A DNA stretch of 62,607 nucleotides, filler included, from Polymyxa betae A26-41 (Eukaryota > Protista > Endomyxa: Phytomyxea), in NCBI GenBank assembly GCA_003693705.1. It is 7 parts of 7 records of this genome, joined end to end, with 100 filler letters (N's around TTAATTAATTAA, not from the genome) between each part and the next. Parts side by side here need not be neighbours in the genome. Positions count along the whole stretch, not along the records: positions 21,030 to 31,023 come from RBZT01000199.1; positions 31,124 to 37,782 come from RBZT01000628.1; 5 more parts are not named here. One strand, 5' to 3'. This document shows, piece by piece, positions 25,274 to 35,100 of this stretch; the first letter of the stretch is position 1, and the number at the start of each line of letters is the position of its first letter. Position numbers and translations under genes: made by a program. The notes beneath the pieces are model-generated. The model was given only the letters and a program-made list of their open reading frames with translations, ran no database searches and had not been told where the DNA came from.

Positions 25274-28200
25274 ATGATGTCATCAGTCTCGGGAGAATCT
25301 GCCTTATCGTCGCTCCCGACTTTTCCGACGTCGAAGGCACATCTAAACATCCAAATGCAAGAGGCAATTTCACATGACCTTAGAATGTCAGCGGTCGAGG
25401 GAGATTGTGCCTTATCGTCGCTCCCGTCTGTTCAGACATCGAACGCGCAGTTAAATATCCAGATTCACCAGATAATACCAATAAAGCTTATTCGACTCCC
25501 CATGAAGTGGGCTCCGATCGGGTTCGGGTAGTATCCGAAAAACCAGGTCGGGTCGGGTTCGGGTCGGGTTAGGGTAGCGGGACGATACGCGACCCGACTA
25601 CCCGACTGTATCCGACTGTTAATATTTGAGCTGTATAAACTGCGCACGGATTCACGTTAAGCTCCCACTTGTGTATTTTGTCAAGTTGCATCATTGCAAT
25701 GGTCACGAATATGGCAACCCGCAAGAGCAAAGCACCCATTTCGTCACCGGCGCTTTCGCAACTATTTCAAAAAAGGAATTCAATATTGATTACTCTGACA
25801 TTATCGAGCCTGTTTCACTTCTGATAATTTTTAATTGGGAGAAAAAGTGACCGATTGGGAGAAATATGTACTGCTGAACAGGTCCTGTGTCGTTTGTCTC
25901 CTTCGTGAGCAAAGGCTTTACAGTTGAGAGCACAATCGAATTATGATTTAGTAGAATTAGATCCCAGGCCCCAAGGTTTCGTCCAGGCCGGCCAGAGTAG
26001 TTCCGGGCTTCAGGAGGCCGGACGGTGACTCACGCAGTTTCCACCGTCAATGGGCCCCCAGTGGCGATTTGGCCCTTTCGGGTCTCCCCTGTCACGTTAG
26101 GGTTCTTCACGGATACCTTCCGATGGATCAAGGTCACTGATCAATCACCTGCATCGATTCACTCATTTGTTCTATTTGTCTTGAATGTAAGACAGCCTCA
26201 CTACACAGTCCCCACCGCTACCGCAGCGGAAGCTGGTGAAGATTCTTCTCTTTTAAAGGACCTCGATGTTCTCTCATTGCGTTGTGAAGGCCAATAATGG
26301 ACGAGGCAGACAAATATTTGAACTTGCGCTGCGAGGATTCTTCTGTTGACCCTTTATTTTACATTACATCGCATGCGATGAAGTTTGCCAGTTTCACGTC
26401 TTTTGTCGAAAGTGATATACTGTCAATTCCTGGATCGTCCGTGTCGGACTTAAGAATTTTCAACTGTGGACACAATGTGTTTAGACTGCGTCGACATTCC
26501 CTTCAGCCTGAGACACTAAGTGCATTGACGTTAGGTTTAAACATACCGAATCAAGATGTTTAAACAGCATTTCTGTGAATTTTTTCTCTCGCCATACAAT
26601 TGTCGGGTAGCTACCCGACCCGACCATTTTCGGGTCGGGTTCGGGTAAGGGGCTGCCGGGCTGGTATCCGACCCGGCCCGACCCGATCGGAGCCCTAGAA
26701 CTCTTCATGCCATGAAGAGCTCAAGAGGTGGTGTTTGGATAAGAGGTTTATTGATGGCTCTATTGTCACTGGTGATAAACTTCATGTCTTTCTCGAACAA
26801 AAAGTCATTGGGAGGACTTGCAGGAAGCGAACGAGTACCCATCACCATCCTCCTCGGAAAGTCGAAAAATCAACAGTTCATTGGTATGCAGCAGCTATCG
26901 TTGACCTGTGACGTCAGGAAACTACTCTTCAAATGAGCTCACATCCAAACCCTCGGGATAGTAATGTAAAGCGGCTGCTGAAGAATGCTGAGTATAAAAC
27001 TCAGCAGCACCGTCGAGAGAATTTCGTCGACCGACAGATTGGAACATTGATTGAAGGATACACAACCACAGAACAGATGGTAAAATTGTCAATGTCTTCT
27101 GGAGCGAGCCACAACATTTCGGGCAACATTTAAGAAACTTGTGCGCTTTCTTCGTCTCACATTATGGGCTGCTGAGAGAGGAAACCGTTAGGAATCTGGG
27201 TCTATCTGAAATGCATACGGTGCAATTGGAACATGAAGGTTTCAGTACCTGTTATGCATTTGTATTCATAATCCTTTAGGGAAAGACAAATCAGTTTGGT
27301 CGAAACGAATGTGGGGCGTTTATTCGATCGAAAGATGTGCGAATTTGTCCTTGGTGAGCGACGGCTTTCTATATCTTCTGGCGTTTATATAAAGAGCGAG
27401 CCATTTCCAGATTGCTCAACAAGTGAAAACTGGTTAGATGATAAATTCCTGAAAAGCGGGAATTGTCCTCAGAAATCGCTCGATTTAGCGTCAATAATGC
27501 AATAGATATGGCGTTTAAAGAAATCAGATTAACCTCTACAGAAAAACACCCATGCAGTTAGAGGTTCTGGGGCCAGGATGGCAGAGCGTGCAGGCGCTTT
27601 GGAAGACCAAATACGTCGCCTTGGTCGATGGAACAATCAGTCGATGGCAAATTGTTACCTGGCCAGTTTGCCTCGTGAAGCAATACGGACATTTGATGGA
27701 TTCCCTATTGCCCACGGAAACTGCTTTCTAAATCGAGCTGCTATAGAACCTCCTGCGGCTTGGAAGCGCATGATATTCTCATTTGTTGAACCAACCTTAG
27801 AGAAATTACGTACCGATGAACATCAAAAAGCCATTGTTGCCAGGGGGTTTCTAGAACTTCTGGATCGGATTAGGACTGTTATTCTGCAAGATTCTGTTCC
27901 AATGAAGTTGAAGCATCCCGCTCATCCTATATCGAGCCATGCGGTTTTCTGTCCTTAACCTGAAAATAATCAGTTCATGCACGATTTAAAAAGCAAACTC
28001 TTGAAGCGAACTGTGACCCGACCGAAGGTGTTTTGCAGAAAGCCATGCCTGCCCTTTCGCAGAAGATTCAAAACATGCATGCAGATTTGAAGTCGACGAT
28101 TTCGGCAGCCATTCTTCCCGTGGCTGAAAACCTTACAAAAGTGCAAAACCTATACAGTGATTTATTATCAGGACGCGTCCCGGTATTCTTACATACTGAC

Positions 28201-28510
28201 AGCTCTGCAAGACCTAACCATGCAGTGTTATCGAAATCGATAATACCGAATCGCCCGATGAGACTACAGTAACGAGTAGCGAACATGTGGTGCATCGGCA
28301 GACCTACAGAATGAGTAGACGTATCAAACAGTAGATGATTTATGTCGGAAATGGAGTGAAGGACCTGACGGAGGACCTGCCGTCCAAGAGATGGAATTAA
28401 TGAAATGAGGCTCCAGATGGTGTGAAGGAAATGAGAGGATTTTTAGTCGGAGAAAAAGATAGTCGACGAAATTAAACGAATATCACGGACCTTGGAAGGC
28501 GGTGAGTTAG
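25274..28510 (+). mobile_element. Crypton (CryptonF-like tyrosine-recombinase transposon with C-terminal GCR1_C domain), pseudogenised, interrupted by a hAT and truncated by the PLE
   Basis: PDNTNKAYSTPHE|ELKRWC..DG..VT..KL..FL, NFVDRQIGTL.EGY, GKTNQFGR, THAVRGSGARMAE..IRRLGRWN..M..CYL..LPR, LQDS, and YRMSR..V.DL..W..G..GGPAVQE..RRK.IVDEI. Confidence 0.85.
25508..26697 (+). mobile_element. Non-autonomous hAT element with TIRs, subterminal CGGGT/ACCCG repeats, dimerization-domain remnant (26297-26563) and 8-bp TSD CCATGAAG
   Basis: Left end TGGGCTCCGATCGGGT, right end ACCCGATCGGAGCCCTA. Peptide ILSIPGSSVS..RIFN.G....RRHSL.PETL.AL. CCATGAAG at 25500-25507 and 26710-26717. Confidence 0.85.
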
Positions 28511-28791
28511 GGTAGTAGGAACGCGTGAAAGCGTGGGCGAGCTGAGAAGTCACGGTTAAGAGCCTTGCTGGGTTAGCTGGCTCACTCTAAAACTGCTGGC
28601 TGCTGGGATGGAATATACAGCAGGGCGGGCGGCGACAACTCGTTTCTACGCCCGTGGCTGCAGAGCAGTTGGGACGTTCTTCAGCGGTGGAAGTTAGGAT
28701 CGTTGGAGACGACGGTGTCGCAAGAAATAGACCGAACGAGTATGACTCTGTATTAAAAATTTTTTAGAGGCAAAAGTCGCCGTGGCGAAGT
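28435..28791. repeat. Left arm of 357-bp inverted repeat
   Basis: Reverse complement of 30625-30981, with about 9 substitutions by eye and no indels. Confidence 0.95.
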
Positions 28792-30905
28792 ATAAGTAGA
28801 GAATGAAATTATTAAAAAAATATAATAATAAAAAATAACAGCGCCACCGGCGCAGTTTTAAAACCGGGGGCGTTATCTTCTTGATCGTTAGATATATTGG
28901 ATCTGGAACATAGCTGCATGACGTTTGGATTGCGTTTGAAGGCAACGAGCAGGTTGATGTGCAGGACTTTGCAGAATATCGATTTGTTAATTTCGAAAAA
29001 GATGCGTTTGAATTCAGTGGTAATGAAATTCTTGTGATATGGGATAATGAGCGGAAAGGCTGTTCCGGTAGTGATTTGGCGAGCGTGGTAAGGAACTCAG
29101 ATTTTCAAATCAATAGAATCGAAAATGCGTTTTAGGTAAGCATGAGAATAGCCTCTTGCGATGAGACGATTATAGAATAATAAACTCATATTGATGCGAT
29201 CGGCGATGTTTGAGTTGCAACGAACGTTTCGTTTCAGTTCTCCTTTGATGAATCCTGAAATACAAGCCTGATTGTGATTAGAGTGAGTAGGAATATACTG
29301 GTAGATATTTCTTGGCTTCTGGAATGTGCGAAATTTGATGCGATTGTCTTGTTTGAAAATAGTTAGATCCAGAAAATCAATTTGTTTTCGTGAAATAACG
29401 TAGTTCAATTTGATTCCTAGGATGGCGCTGTTCATTTCTTGCAGGATAGAATCTAAGTCGGAACGGTTGCCTTTAAAGATCATGAAGATATCGTCTATGT
29501 AGCGACCGTAGAATTCAAAGTACTGTGAGAAAAAACCATCAAAACCGTCAAGATAGATGTTAGCACAATGTACGGCAGCATTAAATTCCATCGCGATGCC
29601 GTCCTTTTGTCTGTAAACTCGTGAGCCATAGCGGAAATAGTTCTTGTTACAAATAAAGCGAAGAGTACTAACGTATAAAGGATGGAGATCTCGGGATTCG
29701 AGGCAGATGTAGAGACGATTTAGATTCATCATGGTTTACAGTGAAGATACGTCTGCGGAGATGAAGAACTCTTCATCGGAAATCGGTAGATTCTCTAGCT
29801 TCTCGATAAGGGTGAAGTTATTCTTGAGAGTATGTTCGCAGTCGATTTTCTCGAGAATTGTAGATAGAAAGATGGACCAATTCGTGGTAATCCAGTTCAC
29901 AGATCCAACGATGGGACGAGTTGGAATTGGAAAGGTGTGCTTGTGAAGCTTTGGTAGAACATGGAATTGCGGGAGATCCTTATTTCTAATCTGTAGAAAT
30001 TTGATCGCTTGATCCGATAATAAACCGGAATCAATGGCGCTTTTCAGAAGAATATCATTGTCTTTGATAATGTCGTTCAAAATCCATTGCCAATCAGGGC
30101 TGCCGTAGAATCCGATGTCGTCTGAAACAATTTAATAGTGCTGTGCGTCTTCAAGATGTACCTGAACCATGCGATTATATTCTTCGATCGGTCATACACA
30201 AAGACCTAAATTTTTGTCAGTCTGAACTATCTTGATTCTTGGATTGCTCCGAAGTAGAACGCGCCTTCGTGAGATGATACAGCTCGATTTTCGTGGCAGA
30301 TAACGATGCAATATTACAGAAGTTTCGAGCCTAATTCGACATTTGAGTTGTTGACACTCATGGGTTAACTGGGATGACGGCGGTTGCCAGTCAGATGGAA
30401 CTTTCAATCTTCGATCGTAGTCTCTAATCGGAAAGTCGTGGTCTGGGTTATTGAATTCGATTCTTCGAATAAGATCGCTGATGGCCTTGACGTAAAGATC
30501 TTTCTTCTGTTTTTTTGGACGAGGGCAGAACTTCAATCCATATCCGAGAATGTTAAAGTCTTGTATTGTGTTATGAGGCTTATAGAAGTTATGGTATGTA
30601 AAGTTGGTGATAGAAGGAAGATTGACTCCGCTACGGCGACTTTTGCCTCTAAAAAATTTTCAATTCAGAGTCACACTCGTTCGGTCTATTTCTTGCGACA
30701 CCGTCATCTCCAACGATCGTAACTTCCACCGCTGAAGAACGTCCCAACTGCTCTGCAGTCACGGGCGTAGAAACGAGTTGTCGCCGCCCGCCCTGCTGTA
30801 TATTCCATCCCAGCAGCCAGCAGTTTTAGAGTGAGCCAGCTAACCCAGCAAGGCTCTTAACCGTGACTTCTCAGCTCGCCCACGCTTTCACGCATTCCTA
30901 CTACC
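28510..30905 (-). mobile_element. Penelope-like retroelement (RT pseudogene about 30624 to 28812, no GIY-YIG endonuclease visible), 5'-truncated with inverted pseudo-LTR
   Basis: GLKFCP, TDKNLG, F..LPKLHK..RPIV, ADVSSL*T, YRQ.DGIAM, RYIDDIF, FLDL, KP.N.YQY.P..S.H..GF.KGEL.R..RGY, and VAFKRNPN. One reading frame with four in-frame stops. Confidence 0.9.
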
Positions 30906-30981
30906 CTAACTCACCGCCTTCCAAGGTCCGTGATATTCGTTTAATTTCGTCGACTATCTTTTTCTCCGACTAAAAATCCTC
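30625..30981. repeat. Right arm of 357-bp inverted repeat
   Basis: Reverse complement of 28435-28791. Confidence 0.95.
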
Positions 30982-31023
30982 CTTCAGCTTCCGGCGGTCT
31001 TGACTTGAAACCCTTATGTTACC

Positions 31024-31123
31024 NNNNNNNNNNNNNNNNNNNNNNNNNNNNNNNNNNNNNNNNNNNNTTAATTAATTAANNNNNNNNNNNNNNNNNNNNN
31101 NNNNNNNNNNNNNNNNNNNNNNN
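31024..31123. other. Artificial contig spacer
   Basis: 44 N + TTAATTAATTAA + 44 N. Confidence 0.98.
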
Positions 31124-31285
31124 GCTCTTTATTAAAAATGAAGCTCTTATTGGATTTTGTCGATCACAGGACTTTCAATTTTTCGAACTAGGTACATAAT
31201 CTCTGCATTCCTATCTTAATGCAACGGACACTTTTTTTGCGAGGGGGGTCAGACCCCCCTCAACCCCCCCGTCCCTCCGCCACTG
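31124..31285. mobile_element. Probable right end of a hAT-type MITE
   Basis: GAGGGGGGTCAGACCCCCCTC palindrome followed by TCCGCCACTG (a CAGTGGCGGA-type terminus). Confidence 0.4.
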
Positions 31286-32316
31286 CATGTCACCCCGGAA
31301 TTCCGTATTCCGTAGGTCGCGCAAGGTTTGGATGTCTAAAAATGCGGAAACGGAATTCCCGCAAATTCGACCGAATGGAAATCTCAGCAGTTCCGGAGCA
31401 GCGGAATCTGCGCCGGAACACACCAACTCGATACCGGTATTGCCTTGCTCTTTATAATTAAAAATGACTGACATGAAGCCCTCGGTTGCTGACAATGGCG
31501 ATAGTCTGTGTTTCACGGAAATGATTCACCAGGTCGACTTTCTCTGTCAGAGATCTCAAAATGGCTTTAAGCCTGAAGATTGGAAAGCTTGAGAAGAGTG
31601 GATGAAGGGGACTGGAATACTCGCTCAGTTAAGCAGCTGAAAAAGGGATAGCACTCCGTAGTTTTTCGTTGCAATATTCTACATTTTTCTGATATTCAAC
31701 CGCTTTACCGTTTATTTCTATTTACAAAGTAAATTGGTTGGGGCTGGGATGATGAATATAACAGACCAGTCAACCCTGATCCGAAGGCCTGTGAAGAATT
31801 GCAGGTGTTCTAGTTGCCTTTCGGCAATGATTCGACACTCATTGACATCCGATACTAACTCCAATAGAAATCCATTCACCTGAAAATCCTGGCTGGAAAG
31901 TCGATTTACGCTATAGCCTTTTGCTTAATACATTATTACATGGTCGAAGGGTGACTGGTTCCAATGCAGCACCAGCATTCTTGCCCAGCCCAGCAATAAT
32001 ATTGCTTCGTCGCAGGTAGGAGAATCGGGACCATCGTCGCTTGTGAACGACTAATACTGCGATCTGGAATTGGATGAAGAAGAAATCGAGTAGGTCCCAA
32101 AACACTTTTCCTTTACCCCATCCAATTCGGGACAAAGCTTCCAGCAGAGGGCTTATCCTCTAGCCTGTCCATACTAAAAGGAGAAAGCGCAGCAAAGACG
32201 CTCATTAAGAATACCAAGTTTGAACAGTGCGATTCTTGCTGATCTGAAATCGAGTTAGGAACTCCTGGCACAGCCGAAAAGAGATCGTGTATTTACGCAA
32301 CGAAGTTAATATTCAT

Positions 32317-32852
32317 TGTTGAATATTGACCGTTACATTCTATGTATTGTTGATTCTACGCTCCATAGTGATTCACAGACGAACACGTTATCATCCAACA
32401 TAGTTTGGGCAATTGTGTTTATCATATGTTTGGCATCTATACTTCTGAAAGACCAATTCCGATAGCCCGTTGTGTACCGTATGTACTCCCGGTCTTAAAA
32501 CGTCAATACGAATTACGAGAGACACGACGATTCAACAGAATGAATTAAGCTGTATTTGCTCAATGGCTAGCATTAACTGGCACGCGGCCATCAGGTCGTT
32601 TGACGCTCGACTTGGAATCCTATATCCAACACCCCCTCCCGAGCGTTGATTACCGACCGCTGTACAAATGCGATCGCGTGGACGTGCAAACAGCTGAGCG
32701 TTGAGAGGCTTCGTCAATAAATCCGCATTCATCTCCACGCTCGGGCACCGAACCACTTTGACAACTTCCGAATCGACCTTTTCTCGAATATAGTGGAAAC
32801 GAATGTTGATATGTTTTGAGCGTTTGTTATCCGCCATCAACCAGGGTGACAT
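32317..32852 (-). mobile_element. Ty1/copia 3' end: RNase H C-terminus, PPT and 3' LTR starting about 32631 (left boundary uncertain)
   Basis: KRSKHINIRFHYIRE..CPSVEMNADLLTKPL, then GGGAGGGGG-TGTTGG on the minus strand. Confidence 0.8.
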
Positions 32853-34599
32853 TCATGATTCATCGGCAGATTTGACGAGGTCCAAATGGAATGAGGACTC
32901 CATCCTCAGCTGAAATCCACAATAAGAACTCATACATACAACGAAATTGAAAGGTACCTCGTTAACGTTCTTTGACAGCTGCTTCATCACCTTGATGTGC
33001 TGTCAAGACCTCTCGAGATTTGCTCCAAAATTCTTCCGGTGCTGAAGCCTGCTCGTTGTTGTTCATGATTGCACACTCAATCAATTTGAACAGAATTCCT
33101 ATATGTACGTTAATCGAGCTAGCTTCATAACCCTAACTGTAACGCCCCGAGCCCGCTGCTGTGCAGAAATGTAGCTGGGTGTATACACCACAGTCCTGAA
33201 AGGCCTTAAAAAAACCACTACAGTGAAAGTTGGTATATAGAGAAAGCGAAATGAGAATGAGAAGAGTATTGAACTCTCAAAATGTGAGAAGACATAAACG
33301 AAATCACTGACCTGTACTGCTCGACAAGCCCAGGAAATCGATCCTGTAACTTGGTCCATCGGGTGAAGGAGCTGCATTCACCATCCACTATGCAATTACC
33401 GTTTTCAAAAAAGGTTTCGCTGTGCAGACCCTGAGCTACTAAGGAGCCACTGGTTCAATGACGTGGTAGCTCAAGTAAACGCCAAAATCTGTTTGAGACT
33501 CAGCTGGATACCAAGCCCAAAATAAGTTGATTGATTTTCAAGCGCTTGACAATAACTCTTGCAGGGGCCCTCAGCTGGCAGCAAATCAAGACTACCTGCA
33601 GCTCCTGGATTTGCGATTCGATCCAGAAAATGCGCAGAATCTGTAAGAAATCGCTGTCATCGTCTGTTTTTATCTCACAAATACATTCAGGATTGTGATA
33701 AAAAACCATGCTCTCACTGAGCACAGAGAGCAGACTCTTTTTGATCTTCCAGCAAAGAAGGTCAAGGACATTCTAGTTCGCTTTTAAGTACATCGTTTTC
33801 CTGAGCCTGAAAATCGACAAACTAACTTGAGTTTTTTCAGTTTTTCGAGAGATGTCACGCTTTGGAATTACTGCTCAGAGCGACGGCAAGGAAGGCTTTG
33901 AAATAACCCGGGATAGGTTGAAGAAAGACCTGGAGAATAAGAGCAACTCGCTTCCGAAAGGATTCGAGCATTGGCGCAATCTCAAGGTAATATTCTTGAC
34001 GAACCATCGTTGGCTGCAACCGCCTCAAGGAGTGAGTCGCCTGCAAGATGGCAACCTCACATACCTCATTTCTGGACAGAGCATAATGCTCTCTGGCTGA
34101 AGGGAATGAGAATCTGATCAACAGATTTCCCTCTTCGGGATCATACCCCGATAAAAAACCTGTGCTTCTTCAACGACATGGAGCTGATAAAAACGAGTAA
34201 TAAAAAGAGGGTTCTATTACATAAATAGTTTTTTGCACAAACATACATATCTGCAGGTTTAAAGCTATAGCAATTGTTCTGCTAAGCATCGTAAACCCTT
34301 CTTCACAGAAGTATTAGCATACTTTGTTCATCCCATAATATCATTAGCTTACGTACTGTTAGCAATTCAGTGAATCTCACACGTTCTTGACTTCTTTTGA
34401 ACTGTCTTCTGCATCTCTCTCCACAGTCGATGCAGAGCGGTATTCGCCTATTAGGGTCATCATGCCGTTATGCAGCATTTTGAATCGATGCCTTGTTTCA
34501 TTCTTAGCTCTATTAGCACTTGATTGAATTTGTTTATCCGTTTACTATATCTGCTTAAAACGTCGGCAGGATTTTGGGGGTGCTGACATAAACTTCATG

Positions 34600-35100
34600 G
34601 GGATCATTTCCAGTTTGAATTCTGCTAGCTTCCGCCAGCTTTAACGTCCCACAGCGGACAAGTTAAACCGGCGATGACCAAATCTGAAAGCATCTGTCCA
34701 TCGCAGAGGTCTGAGTCTCAACAACGACTCTTGGTTCTGCCTGCTCGAAGTGGGTTGTAGCGACTATCATGTTCGGGCTTCCGCGCCATCCATCATCATC
34801 GAACTGTCGAAGTGTCGCCCCAGATCGAGTGATCGCCCGCCATCAGTGCAGACATCATATGTTTCGAATAGAAGTCTGCCAACAATGTTATGGCTGTAGC
34901 TCTCTGACAAGATAGGCTGCTTCTACCTTCATATTGGTCCTTAACAATAGATACCAAGTCTGTCTCGCTTGCTTTTTTGCTTTTCTTAAAAATTGGATTT
35001 ATTTGCTCAGTTGTCCGTTTTTTGCTGTCGATTTCATTGCGTATCAAACAACTTCAAATTTCGTGCTAACAGTCCAGTGGGCCTGTACTCGGAGCCTGAA
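34600..35100 (-). pseudogene. Possible degraded Ty3/gypsy pol fragment
   Basis: RYNPL and WSSPV.LVR motifs in broken frames. Confidence 0.3.

Noticed and set aside
29097-30624. Stop-codon reassignment or selenocysteine readthrough in the PLE RT (four in-frame stops, no frameshift)
   Set aside because: The stops are mixed TGA/TAA, one replaces the conserved Tyr of SLYT, a missense lesion (GIAME) co-occurs, and host genes use TGA/TAA as normal stops. Simple decay explains it.
28435-30981. Amplification or assembly fold-back chimera
   Set aside because: The arms differ at about 9 positions, which a library chimera would not. Not fully excluded, because the contig ends 42 bp later.
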